A DNA stretch of 64,000 nt from positions 62,001 to 126,000 of the forward strand of contig JBDOQK010000001.1 of NCBI GenBank assembly GCA_040437565.1, written 5' to 3'. The notes beneath the pieces are model-generated. The model had not been told where the DNA came from. It did not search any database and saw only the letters and a list, made by a program, of their open reading frames with translations. The DNA is from Albugo candida. Taxonomy: Eukaryota. The position numbers and the translations under genes are program-made. Below, one piece after another: positions 35,339 to 48,083 of this stretch (its first letter is position 1; every line of letters starts with the position of its first letter).

Positions 35339-37177
35339 TCATAAGAGTCCTTGTCGAGCCAGATCCTCAAATGTTTTGCGATTGAGAACATTCCCTTCCG
35401 AGTCTTCGAATTCTTCTTCCACACAAGGATTCCAGGTCTCTGCATCAATCTGATCCTTCAGCTTCTCGTACACTAACATAATGAGTTAGGGGACAGGAAA
35501 TCACCAATGCGATAAGAATAGCTCTTACGCTGTATGGCATCTTGCATTCGAGTTATATCATGAAAATGCTTGGTGTTGGGGATCTTCAGACATCTCATAC
35601 CAAACGCATGGCGCCACTCTTGGAAATGTCGATCAAATGCGCGACGTCCCCAATAACTATGATTTCCACATATTTCGCACTTGTATTCGACGCCAAGTCC
35701 GTGTAGTTTGTACAGCCAATAAGGAATGGGTTTGCCGTCCCATCCAAGAGGCAAATTCAGTGGATTGTAAAATGGTGTTTCCTCTTCGTCATCATCATCG
35801 TGTTCACCTTCATTCTCAGCATCAATATCCGACAACGCACCCTCTTGCTCTTCTTCAATTTCTGCTTGTAGCTCTTCGGCTGTTCGAGTTTGTTTCATTT
35901 CAAGATATGCAATGGTGGCATGGATCACTTCAGTTAACAGCTCGTGCATTCTTCGTATCAGAACTTCATCAAATGCAATCTCTTTCCACGATTTCTCAGG
36001 CATTTGTGAATCTTCTGGCAATGCTGTACTACTTCCATTCATACTACCTTCCTCCTTCATCATTGTTGCTTTCTTGTGTTTTTTGCCATTCAGGTGACTT
36101 TTATAGACGCCATCGGACGCAAAGTGTTTGTCGCAAAAAGAGCAATACAGCTGATCTTCTTTATTCTTCGATGATTTGTGGCTTTTTTTGGTATCCTCTT
36201 GAATCTTCTGCCAACCCGGAACTTGGTCGAGAGCCCACTGCTTCTCAAAAGCAGCACGCGTCTCGTCAATGACATCATCTAGATCAACTAGTGGTTGCGT
36301 TCGACGATAGAAGCCCAGCAAGTATTCTTTCAGATCATTTATATGTTGATGATACTCCGTTGAAGACCGCTTATCCCTCAATTCTATCATTGAAAAATCG
36401 TGAAAGCATGAGAGATAGGTCAGATAGTCCACATGTTTTCGAATATGCCGGTCGTTATTTGCTCTTTTTCGCCTGCTTTCGGATTTCTTTGACACAAACG
36501 CAGCTTTCAGAGCTTTGATCTTTCTGCAAGCATACCAATCGCGTCAATGTCTTTTGTGTAGCGAAATGCACTGTACCGTTTGAAAACAGGGATGTTCATA
36601 AATTCAGTATAAAACTGATGCAAATCCACATAACGCCCAAACCTTTCTTCTCCCGAAAACTGAATACAGAACCACCGATCAAACCTTTTCTATCCCTTAA
36701 CGTATGCAGTCAACGTACATTTAGTTGAGGATGGAGGACTTCATTGACATCAGGTTCATGTGGAATAGGAGGCGTGTGGGGATACTTCCGGTGAAACGTG
36801 CGGATATGTTTGATTTGCTCATAAAATGAAGTGAATGTCGAACGGCCGCGCATGACGTTGGATTCCTCTGCAAATGTCCTACAAATATTCATTCAGCCTG
36901 AATATCGATTATGTCGAGAATGTTGGTACCCATCTTTGTCGTCGTATAGAGTTTTAGCGTGTGTATTAAGCGACACAACACGGTCTAAAAGCGTGCTGAC
37001 TTTGAGCCCATGCAGCACACGCTCGCGATGCTGAAAAAGAATCAAACATCTGCACGCTTTATTATGGGAGGAGCTTACATTCCGCGATTTTTCTTGGAGA
37101 ATTGATACGACAAGTCGCTCGTAGGATTCGGCATCTTCTAAAGTGGACCGCAATTGCTCCAACGATGTCGCCGACAT
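35339..37177 (-). CDS. SF3A3: Splicing factor 3A subunit 3 (Prp9/SF3a60), multi-exon
   Basis: Contains YNPLNLPLGWDGKPIPYWLYKLHGLGVEYKCEICGNHSYWGRRAFDRHFQEWRHAFGMRCL and ends EEEFEDSEGNVLNRKTFEDLARQGLL*. Confidence 0.95.
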
Positions 37178-37397
37178 CCGAATACCGCGATACTCAAAGA
37201 TAAACCGGTATCACGCTGACAATGATTGTCAGTATTTAGCGTAAGGGAAACATTACAAAACCCACAAATGTTCCATATTCACTTATTAAAAGAGCTATAC
37301 ACGAGATTTGCAATCTCTTCTTGGTTCTCATAGGGTCCCATCGATCCGCTAACGCGCATTTCCATAACCGGTCTAAAAATACAGTAAGCAAACAAAG

Positions 37398-39627
37398 TCA
37401 AACAAAATTTGAATGGTACTTGTCCCGAGGTCCGGCGACATCAGATACGAGACTTACCCGATCTCCCTTGACCATCGCTGGTTGATCCGTTGATACTTTG
37501 GCGTCATTTCTCTTCTTCATACTCTCTTCCATTCTTTTTGCAGTGATAAATGAGTAGTACACGGATCCAAATGTTGCGCCACCGATTAGAATGGTCAGGA
37601 AAAGCCCGACAAGAAACGGTGGACCGAATGAGTTTTTTGTATCAATGGTAAGATTATCGCCACTCATACTTTGCACCGAGCTACATCGTGGTCCAGTCCA
37701 TGAACCCGTCACACATTTGCAGCGTTTTTTCTCACAGACTCCAGTTCGAACTTTGGAGATATCTTGGGCCACAGAGCAGTCATCGTCCTTCTCACAGTAA
37801 GCTTTTCCGGAGACGGTTACCATTTTATTATCAGCATCTTCATATTCCTTTGGATGTCCTTCAATCCACTTTTTGGTTGGATGAGTTGGTGGGTCACATG
37901 TGATAGTCATAGACGAGTTCTTACTCGTATCCTGATACAATCGAACATAATCAATCTTCATTCGCATAGGAAAATCGTTGCAGACTCGTATAGCGACAGG
38001 ATCAGTCCCATTTCCGCGACAAGGTTTCCCAGGATTGGGAGGTTTAGTGCCCCAAGTGCTCGAGAGTGCAACATTGAAAATAATGTATAGAGGTTCTTCG
38101 ATCATGATTTTTCGAGGGTTAGTCTTGGCTGCATTTTGCGGTGGATCGGTGAGCGTTTTTGCAGGAATTTCATAAAATGGTTTTCCAGCCAACATCCACC
38201 GCACGTAACCTGCCTTCCCCATCACCCACTCGACTTGATATATATGATACTTTGTATAGGCACCAACATGAAGATGCCAATTTGCAGAAATAGCATCCAT
38301 CTGATACTTGTATTTGAAATCGCCAGGATATTCATCTAGTCCTTGTTGAGGGCACCTTTCAAAACGATTGCCGGGATTACAACAAAACGTTCCTGCGTAT
38401 GGGTTCTGAGTCGCAAAGCAAGTACCTTTGTCATTGATTCCCCAATTTTCATTGGATCCATCGTCTTTTTTTCCAAGATCTCCATACACATCGAGCGATG
38501 CAGGGCAAATACTTGGATCACATTTATCTGCTTCTATCCCTCCTTGCAATTTACCTTTTATTGTCGAAAGGCTCTGTTTCAGTTTGGGATCCGGTGCGCA
38601 GTAATCGTTGGAGCCATACCGTAAACCTTGGTACCATGAGGGATGACCGCGGACTTTGTACATGGAGGCTGGAACGCCGACGTTGTTGACACCACGAGGG
38701 CACTGCTGATCGTACACGCAGCCGTTGTCCTCATCAAATCGTCGAAAATCCACCGGCATACCAGGAGCAATTTGTATCGAAGATGAGACATCGGTTCCAG
38801 CACCTTCAAAAAGATCGATCTCAGGCGCTCCACGGCCTTGATTTGGGTTCAGCCCATACCCTGGTTTGCTATTACACGCGCTTATTCGTTGGTATGAACC
38901 ATTAAGTACCTTTTCATTGCACTCATCATAGGAGTAAGGCCACATTCGGTTCGTCGAGGCACTGAAAATAGCACGACCAAGATTTCCTAATAACCAAGCA
39001 CCACACCAAAGTGGGTAGAATCTTTTATTTTTGACTCGACTACTGTCGCCACCGGCCAGATCGGGGTTACCTGAGTTCTTGGAAACAGCACCAGGAAGTA
39101 TAGCACGCAGCTCAAGCATGCCACCCTGATAGCAGAATTTATTCCAAGACTGTACCATACCTGACTGATAGTGCTACACGGAATGGTTATGAGAAGAATG
39201 TTTGCACAGACCTTACTGTGGGTATTGGACTTACAAATGCTTTCGTCTGAAATCCGGGAGGTTTCTGAAACGTGTTCCATGTTGTTAGTTTGATGTTGGC
39301 CTCATCAGTGATTATCACAAAATAGCAAGTTCCGTCCTTGTCACATTCTGTTGTTGTCATATTATGAGCATAGACTTGTAGTGCGGCATTCACACCATCC
39401 GGCTTTTGAATTGAGGTCCAAATATGATCATTACCGGGTTTGAATGATCTGCCAGGCGCGTTGAATTCGTCGCTCATTGTGAGCTCCCACTTTTGACCTC
39501 GGGAAGTTGTAAAGAATTGCTTGTTTTTCGGAGTATCAGGATCAACCCATGGTTTTATACCTGACCGTGTTGCATAGTCTTGTGCTAGGACTGGTGTCAT
39601 CACAATCATGGTGAGGCACGCCCGCAT
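37398..39627 (-). CDS. Beta-glucan synthesis-associated SKN1/KRE6-family GH16 protein (signal peptide, C-terminal TM, one intron)
   Basis: Motifs PWVDPDTP, WELTMSDEF, MVQSWNKFCYQGG and GRGAPEIDLFE (GH16 ExDxxE). An EGF-like Cys segment precedes the TM helix FLVGLFLTILIGGATFGSVYY. Confidence 0.92.
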
Positions 39628-41265
39628 GATCTGCTGTCTGCCTTTGACTGTGCAGAGAGATTTTTGCTGTGGAGGAGGGCCTCAAATGTGCCAATTGTCG
39701 ATTTTCAATTTGTCCAATCACATAGAAGGAAAGGCGAGAGGCTTTGGTCAAAAATATGCGTTCTAGTGATCGCTCTTACACAGAAAAAGACCAGTCATTC
39801 AATAGTGCACTAATGCACACTGCAGAAATTCGATGCAGCCTTCAAGTTTGTGAATATCAAGTCTTGGGAGAATCAGTCAAAAGGGACGAGATAGTACGTA
39901 TGATGTCAAGTTCTTGTAGGTATTGTATGCAGAGAAGAAGGATCTCTCACCCATACGCTATGGACGTTTATGTGGTGAAAAGAATAGGTTGCCTGCAGCA
40001 TAATGCTACAGTATTTTGAGAATCCGGGTCAGGAATGATCTCGTAACATTACACAATTTCTGGGCTTACTTGGAATTTCTCCANNNNNNNNNNNNNNNNN
40101 NNNNNNNNNNNNNNNNNNNNNNNNNNNNNNNNNNNNNNNNNNNNNNNNNNNNNNNNNNNNNNNNNNNNNNNNNNNNNNNNNNNGAATTTCTCCAGTCTAA
40201 ATGCACAAAGTACCACAGCCGTTGTTAATTCTCTTCATCATCTCAATTTTCGGCTATTACTACTTTCAACTGTAAATCTCGTGTGCTTGGCTTACTGATC
40301 GTGAGATTATGAAACATCAGGCTCTTGCAAATTGACTTCCTTATAGCACCGAAATATCTTATCCTTGCGCACACATAGATCTGCGTTGTGAGATATACCT
40401 TCAGATCTCGTGCCGCTTCCGATGCAAAGCTACGAAGGAGGTGCGTACACTTCCTACACGGCGTTTTCATTCATGCTACCTGAAATACCCTGACAAGCTC
40501 ACTAGCTTTAGCGTAGAATCTTCTCAAAAATGGCCACACGAGATCAGACGATTTGTTCTGCAATCACCATATGATGTTCTTAGGCAGCATGCGACAGTTT
40601 GAGCTGCCAGTAGTTTTTTTCGTATTTGGTCTATGTAATAGGGCACGAGGCGTATGCCGCCAGTAGAGCATTCGCCTCCGAGCCAGATTAACGACAACTC
40701 GACTCACGAATAAACTCTTCATAGATCAACGCACGTATATTTTCTCGGTCACGATAGCAAACTCCAACTACTCCANNNNNNNNNNNNNNNNNNNNNNNNN
40801 NNNNNNNNNNNNNNNNNNNNNNNNNNNNNNNNNNNNNNNNNNNNNNNNNNNNNNNNNNNNNNNNNNNNNNNNNNNTCTGCGTTGTGAGATATACCTTCAG
40901 ATCTCGTGCCGCTTCCGATGCAAAGCTACGAAGGAGGTGCGTACACTTCCTACACGGCGTTTTCATTCATGCTACCTAAATATCCTGACGAACTCGCTAG
41001 CTTTAGCGTAGAATCTTCTCAAAAATGGCCATACGAGATCAGAAGACGATTTGTTCTGCAATCACCATATGATGTTCTTAGGCGGCATGCGACAATTTGA
41101 GCTGCCAGTAGTTTTTTTCGTATTTGGTCTATGTATTAGGGCACGAGGCGTATGCCGCCAGTAGAGCATTCGCCTCCGAGCCAGATTAACGACAACTCGA
41201 CTCACGTATAAACTCTTCATAGATCAACGCACGTATATTTTCTCGGTCACGATAGCAAACTCCAA

Positions 41266-41814
41266 CTACTCCAACTTTTCCAATTCCCGAATACGATCCA
41301 GCATTTCACGTTTCGACGTCTCCTGGACTTCACCGCCAAGAATGTACTCGTCCAGCATCGAATAGACCTGCCAAGTAGAACTTTGCCTTTAAACAGGAAT
41401 CGATGATAAAAAGCTTAGATAACAGTCTTACCTTATTGAAATTGAACACAATATCCAATTCACAAACATTAGAGAATTGCTGGTCGAGTAGTTCCACGAA
41501 CAAATGTATAGTTTCCAGGGAGAGAAGTTCATTTGCATGTAAATCGACTCCCAAAATGAAAAATAAACCGGCATAACGACGGTAGATAAGCTTGTACGAG
41601 CGAAACTCGATAAAATTTGTGTGTTTTGCATCCCGGGAAATCACCAAGCGATGTATTTCGTGCTCCAGGCGGAATTTTTCTTGATCGTCGGGAGCCGGCA
41701 CGTACCATTTCGATAATCTCGTTTTGCCTTGCCGATTTTGCATAAGAAAGAAGCGAATCTTGAATATAGTTTGAGGTCATGAAAGTCAGTCATAATGGAG
41801 ACGCGTCTTACCAT
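41266..41814 (-). CDS. AP2S1: AP-2 clathrin adaptor complex sigma subunit (3 exons; first exon is ATG only)
   Basis: [21 protein letters not shown]...[21 protein letters not shown]...[32 protein letters not shown]...LEKLE*. Confidence 0.9.
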
Positions 41815-42115
41815 GTCTACAGCGATCTTGTTCAAGGGACTGCTTGAATTGCGACGTACCGCGCAAACGGTTACAAGAATCAAAGTATGAAAAGGAATCA
41901 AAGGCTCATCGATCACAGCAATCAGTAAAGCCAAGGAAAGGCTTGTTCAGGGTAAGCATAATTCGTAGTGTTCCAGTCTAGCACTCGATATATCTCAAGG
42001 AGCAGTCTGCCGAGGGCGCAACAGTAAATGAATAAATAAGACAATGGCAATCATCAGTGGGAGATCTATTTCAGCTATCCATTACTCTCAACTTTTATCT
42101 GTTTTAAAAATGTTG

Positions 42116-44476
42116 CTAGCGAGTGACGCGATAAGAACGAACCTTTTCTAATAACTCCTTGGCTTCCCCTTGCGCAAAATGCTTCCGTACTGGTTCTAAC
42201 ATTCTACAGAATACAAGCAATAGAAATGTTAGCAAGAGAACAATATGATTGTGCTGGTGACAGTACTCATTCAGATGTAGCGTGACCGATTTCTTCAAAG
42301 AGTCCGGATCGACAACACCACTGGCATACGCACTTTCCAACTCCGTATAAGTGTGAAAGGATACGTCTGCAACTTGAACAGGTTTTTCGTCATTGTGTTT
42401 CGGGAATATGATATTCTTCATATAATCCAGTATGGGATTGCCTTCAATTTGTCTGGCTGGGCAAAAAGCATTGCTGATTTTTCGTTCCACATGCTCGGTA
42501 GTATCCTCCATGAAAATTGCTGAATCGGGGTCGCTTTTCGACATTTTTTCTTGACCTTCCTTCAAACCCATAAGCATGTGATGACTCAGTATGATAGGTT
42601 TGAATTTGATCTTGACAAGGTCGCAGTAATCACGAGCAAGCATATTGATTTTGCGTTGATCCAAGCCAAGCTGACAGACGTCCGCTTTAAGGAAGAAGAT
42701 ATCGGCACATTGCATTAATGGATACAAAATTTGTGCTGCAAGCATTCCTTCCTTCTCCTTTCGCCCCATGATAGTACAGCATTTCACTGTACGGGCTATG
42801 GTGGTGCGTCTAGCAATATCCATAACACGAAGCCAGTAAGAGGCCCCATTTGCAATTATTTGATCTGACGCCCACAAGAATTGGACATTTGTCATATCCA
42901 TACCAGTTGATTTCCATATCTCAATCATGTATCGACCTACCGTTCGAATCTTGTCCAAGTCGCCACCCATTTTGTTATTGAGCAACGCAAACCAGTCTGC
43001 TACCCAAAATCGAAATATTGCACCTGAGGCAGTGAGTCGATTCACGTTCACCGATCGGAGGATCCCTTGCGCGATGTGCATGCGCCCAGATGGTTCAAAT
43101 CCATCATAACAAACAAAATGGTCTTTTTTCGCCAACAACGCGCGCAGCTCTTCTTCAAGCGTACACTCTTCTCCGACGGATCGACTTTGTTCAAATTTTT
43201 CATCCAGTGTGAGCTCCGAGACTTTCCACTGTCTCTTCTCTGTATCCGGAAATGCCGGAATCGTCAGCGATACTAGCTTGTCACCATCTGGTACGGACGA
43301 AATCTTGAGTTTCTTCACATTAGTCCATAGCTTCTTCAGATCTCCAGCTGCAAAGTGCACGCGCACAGGATCCAGCAACGAGTTGATGTACTTACTCAAG
43401 CAGGGTTTCAAATCAGCGGGATGAATTTCTTCTTTTAAGAACGCATTTTCTAATTCTTTGAATGTTTTGAACGAACGATTTCCTCCATTCTTTTCATTTC
43501 TTTCCAATACAATTCCTTCATCCTCAAACATTGGAAACACCACGTAATGCATGTAGTCGAGAATCGGATTTTGACATATCTGACCCGGAGGACAAAATGC
43601 TCTCTTGATTTTTGAGTTCACTTCGGCGATTGTGTCGTCAACATAAATGGCCGATTCGGGATCTGTGGTACTCATCTTGAACTGACCTTGTTTTAGACCG
43701 GTTAGAAGCGGATGTAGTAGATAAAATGGCTCTCCTTGCGTGACGTCGCCTTTGTCTTTCAGCTTCGCGATATACTCTTCATTCAGATGACGAGCTTGTT
43801 CCTGATCGCAACCAAATTGGCAGATATCTGCCTCAAGCAAAAAAGTATCAGCGCATTGCATCAATGGATATAGTATCCTGTTGGCATTGCAGACAGATTC
43901 GTCGACATCACGTCCCATCATCGTCGCACATTGTTGTATACGTTCCACAGAAAAGTGACCAGCGATGTCGAAGACTCGAGACCAGTACTTATCAGCATGA
44001 CGGGCAATCTCACTGGAACTTAGCAAAATTTCAAAATTATCTTGTGTGGTTGCATCTAAACCAAGGGCTTTCCAGACTTGCACCATATACTGCGCAATTG
44101 TCTGATATTTATTCAAATCTCCTCCAAACTTATTGTTAAGCATCGCAAAGACATCACCGATCCAGAAACGCACATGACAGCCAGCTTTCATGAGTCGTTT
44201 GGCATTGATAACTCGTAGTAATCCAGACGCTAATGTGACTCTCCCTGTCGGTTCAAAGCCATCGTATGCAATAGGATGCGGAGTCTTAGTGAACAAGGCG
44301 CACAATTGTTTTTCTTCGTCTGTCGAAAACCCTTTCGGTCCTATGATGGCAGCCAATTGTTCCAGTATTTGATCGGTAGAAAGCATGCGAGACGGCTCAT
44401 GATTTGACTCTCGGTTAGAGGAATCTCCGAGTCGTAAGGTGGAAAATTGAGCAAATGGAGAATTATTGAAAGTCAT
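42116..44476 (-). CDS. TyrRS: Double-length cytosolic (archaeal/eukaryotic-type) tyrosyl-tRNA synthetase
   Basis: Two tandem TyrRS units: YDGFEPTGRVTLASG...YPLMQCAD...KMSTT and YDGFEPSGRMHIAQG...YPLMQCAD...KMSKS. A 63-nt in-frame intron is probable at 42204-42266. Confidence 0.95.
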   Translation of the reverse strand: MTFNNSPFAQFSTLRLGDSSNRESNHEPSRMLSTDQILEQLAAIIGPKGFSTDEEKQLCALFTKTPHPIAYDGFEPTGRVTLASGLLRVINAKRLMKAGCHVRFWIGDVFAMLNNKFGGDLNKYQTIAQYMVQVWKALGLDATTQDNFEILLSSSEIARHADKYWSRVFDIAGHFSVERIQQCATMMGRDVDESVCNANRILYPLMQCADTFLLEADICQFGCDQEQARHLNEEYIAKLKDKGDVTQGEPFYLLHPLLTGLKQGQFKMSTTDPESAIYVDDTIAEVNSKIKRAFCPPGQICQNPILDYMHYVVFPMFEDEGIVLERNEKNGGNRSFKTFKELENAFLKEEIHPADLKPCLSKYINSLLDPVRVHFAAGDLKKLWTNVKKLKISSVPDGDKLVSLTIPAFPDTEKRQWKVSELTLDEKFEQSRSVGEECTLEEELRALLAKKDHFVCYDGFEPSGRMHIAQGILRSVNVNRLTASGAIFRFWVADWFALLNNKMGGDLDKIRTVGRYMIEIWKSTGMDMTNVQFLWASDQIIANGASYWLRVMDIARRTTIARTVKCCTIMGRKEKEGMLAAQILYPLMQCADIFFLKADVCQLGLDQRKINMLARDYCDLVKIKFKPIILSHHMLMGLKEGQEKMSKSDPDSAIFMEDTTEHVERKISNAFCPARQIEGNPILDYMKNIIFPKHNDEKPVQVADVSFHTYTELESAYASGVVDPDSLKKSVTLHLNEYCHQHNHIVLLLTFLLLVFCRMLEPVRKHFAQGEAKELLEKVRSYRVTR

Positions 44477-47012
44477 TGGTGGGGCAGAAGTAGTCGGAGA
44501 TAATAATTACAGAAATATTCAGAGTTTGAATGTATTCCTTCTCACTGCTCGCGTTCGAAGATGTTCTTTGGCTTGCAACAAGATCTGAGAGAAAAGTAGC
44601 GTGATTGATCCGAAGTCAATTGTCGCATTTCTCAATGTTTTCACAAATCCTTAATCATAAATGCTCGTCTTTCGACTGTGACGATAAAGGCAGTGAGAAT
44701 GAGTGCCTAACTTATCGACATTGAATAGCTGTGCAAACATTCACGCGATCGAAGCGTACAAACACGCTCAACTGCATTCCGATGGAGAGAGGCATCGATC
44801 GTCTGCACAGATTTACTGGCTCAGATGAAGTTGTTGGCTTCCTATACAATTAGCATTGGTCAAGTATCAATATCGAGGATTCCATAGAAGGCTAGTTGCA
44901 CCACAATCGCGCTGTTGGAAAGGATACACTTCTTGGTATGATGGGTAAGCAGAAGTACACGAGAAATTGGCTGGTTCGAATTGCCGTGTCTGGTCCTTTG
45001 TATTATTCAGCTGTTAGGGAGACCCACATGATGAAGCCTGGTTCTATCACACATCGATTTGGATTGTTGGATCGCACCTTCATTGTGTATCTTCCTTCTC
45101 CTACCTATCTTTCGATATAAAGTCGAATTCTAGATCGTGATGTCCACAGCTGGACACATCCTGCGAAAAATATTGAGACGGAGGCAGTAGTGGGATGTTT
45201 AAAGCTGTGAGAGCTTAATTTCGTTTTTTTCATGCAAAATGAAGCTATTTTGCAGTCTCAATGAATAATGCAAGGCGTCAATGATGTGTCACACTTTTAA
45301 TGTTATCGGATGAATGCACTCCGACTACTATCACTATTTTGAATAAGTTACGCGGCTTCCACGACTGGAAGTGTATCCATCATTGTGGTGGGCGATCTCA
45401 CTGCGGATAAAAGCTGAACGATTGGTATTGTCATTTGTAAAGACTACATAATTTAAGAGCGAAACACCACATTTGTAGACCATTCGATCATGTCTAGATT
45501 CCTAAGATCTCTTGCCTTAGTGGAATGAAGGGATACTGTCATAAAAAGCGGCTGAATTTAGGACAAGCTGAATGCCTGGATAGACCATAGGCGCTTTATG
45601 TTTAGCCGTCGACGTAGCTCGCGCAAGGTGACCTGATCTCGAACCTGTATGTCGCTATCACGCCAACAAAGAACATATGCAGGGATAACTGCGTCATTAG
45701 AACTCATACCATCCAAACTTGCCTTCGTTGTGCATCAGATACAGAAACAAGCGAATCCGGTACGGCTGGCTCGGTATGTCAGTTTCAAGATATTGCCTTC
45801 ATTTTCATCGAAGATGCTCGCGAAGACTCTAAGTGTCAATTGCACGAATTACAAAATATAATCTTTCGTTAAGACAAACGCGTTCTATTGAACATGGAAT
45901 GCCTCCGAAGGCGCATTTATGAAAATTGGAACATAGAATTCTCACCGCATCGGATCGCGGAAACGTTCCAATAGTTCACTCCAGTACGTACTGCGCGATG
46001 AAACAGCCAGAATAGTTTTCGATAATTTACGTCGATGCCAAAGCTTCTACTAGTCTTTTAATAACAAAAAAGCATATCCGTACTTATACGACCGGCGACG
46101 AGCGTTCGCATTGCTTTGAATGGCTATTTCTCTGCGCGCGCGTCTTCGGAGTGTGTTGGGTGACACATTGACTGAAGAGGAGCTGCTGAAAAGGTTCTAC
46201 TATGGTAAATTACTTGGTGTTGGTGCTACTTGTAAAGTATACGCAGCGTTAGATGCGCAGACCAATGCCAAAGTCGCAATCAAAGAATTCGATAAAGCTC
46301 AATTGATTGAAATAAGGCGATCGATTGCGGCGCATGGAAAGTGTTTACGCAAAGAACTTGCAGTGCACCGGGTTTGTCGTCGTCTGCGTAACATCATTTC
46401 AGAAATCGAAATTCTCAAATCAATACATCATCCAAACATAATCAGGTTTTTTGGAGCGTATGAAACTTCGCACCGCATTTGTATCGTTTGTGAACGCGTT
46501 GATGGTGCCGACCTGCTTGATTTCATTACAAAGAAAGGAAGAATGTCTGAAGCAGAAGCGAGTGTTGTCTTTCGACAGCTCTTTTCAGCGGTTCGATATT
46601 GCCACAAGCGCAAGATTTATCATCGTGACTTGAAGCTGGAAAACGTACTGATAACGCGGGATCTGCACGTGAAATTAATCGATTTTGGACTTGCGGAAAG
46701 GNNNNNNNNNNNNNNNNNNNNNNNNNNNNNNNNNNNNNNNNNNNNNNNNNNNNNNNNNNNNNNNNNNNNNNNNNNNNNNNNNNNNNNNNNNNNNNNNNNN
46801 NAGGCGCATTTATGAAAATTGGAACATAGAATTCTCACCGCATCGGATCGCGGAAACGTTCCAATAGTTCACTCCAGTACGTACTGCGCGATGAAACAGC
46901 CAGAATAGTTTTCGATAATTTACGTCGATGCCAAAGCTTCTACTAGTCTTTTAATAACAAAAAAGCATATCCGTACTTATACGACCGGCGACGAGCGTTC
47001 GCATTGCTTTGA

Positions 47013-48083
47013 ATGGCTATTTCTCTGCGCGCGCGTCTTCGGAGTGTGTTGGGTGACACATTGACTGAAGAGGAGCTGCTGAAAAGGTTCTACTATGGTA
47101 AATTACTTGGTGTTGGTGCTACTTGTAAAGTATACGCAGCGTTAGATGCGCAGACCAATGCCAAAGTCGCAATCAAAGAATTCGATAAAGCTCAATTGAT
47201 TGAAATAAGGCGATCGATTGCGGCGCATGGAAAGTGTTTACGCAAAGAACTTGCAGTGCACCGGGTTTGTCGTCGTCTGCGTAACATCATTTCAGAAATC
47301 GAAATTCTCAAATCAATACATCATCCAAACATAATCAGGTTTTTTGGAGCGTATGAAACTTCGCACCGCATTTGTATCGTTTGTGAACGCGTTGATGGTG
47401 CCGACCTGCTTGATTTCATTACAAAGAAAGGAAGAATGTCTGAAGCAGAAGCGAGTGTTGTCTTTCGACAGCTCTTTTCAGCGGTTCGATATTGCCACAA
47501 GCGCAAGATTTATCATCGTGACTTGAAGCTGGAAAACGTACTGATAACGCGGGATCTGCACGTGAAATTAATCGATTTTGGACTTGCGGAAAGGCGTCAT
47601 GGGTTGCTACACAAAATTTGTGGAACTCCATTGTATTGCAGCCCTGAAGTTTTGTTCTCACATTCGCATTTTGATCGTGATGGTCGCTTCAAAGGAGCTC
47701 CTGCAGATGTTTGGAGTATTGGGGTTATAATTTTCGCTCTACTTACGGGTTGTGCTCCGTTTGATGATTCCAGTTTTGAAAGCCTCCGTTACGACGTGTC
47801 GCGCAATCGCATTGCATACCCAACGCATCTCTCTGACGCGGCTAAAGGCTTATTGAAGATAATGTTCACGTTTGATCCAGACTTACGACCTAGCATTTCG
47901 GACATTTTGGAGTATCAATGGCTACAGTCTGGAAGTGCAGTCATCGCAGAAGGCTATACAGGAATCGATTTTTCGCCGAAGAATGCGTTGATGTGTATTA
48001 CGCATCTAAAAAGTGTACAGAGCCACGAGGGCTCTGACAAGACGATCTGCTCCACTGCAAGCTACGATGAGCATGCAATTTAA
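47013..48083 (+). CDS. CAMK-group (SNF1/AMPK-like) Ser/Thr protein kinase
   Basis: Motifs LGVGATCKV, VAIK, HRDLKLEN, DFG, CGTPLYCSPE and DVWSIGV. Confidence 0.93.
   Translation: MAISLRARLRSVLGDTLTEEELLKRFYYGKLLGVGATCKVYAALDAQTNAKVAIKEFDKAQLIEIRRSIAAHGKCLRKELAVHRVCRRLRNIISEIEILKSIHHPNIIRFFGAYETSHRICIVCERVDGADLLDFITKKGRMSEAEASVVFRQLFSAVRYCHKRKIYHRDLKLENVLITRDLHVKLIDFGLAERRHGLLHKICGTPLYCSPEVLFSHSHFDRDGRFKGAPADVWSIGVIIFALLTGCAPFDDSSFESLRYDVSRNRIAYPTHLSDAAKGLLKIMFTFDPDLRPSISDILEYQWLQSGSAVIAEGYTGIDFSPKNALMCITHLKSVQSHEGSDKTICSTASYDEHAI

Noticed and set aside
45910..46701. Apparent second copy of the kinase gene (ORF from 46120)
   Set aside because: It appears identical to the sequence after the 100-N gap (46802 onward). 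This is an unmerged contig overlap, not a paralogue.
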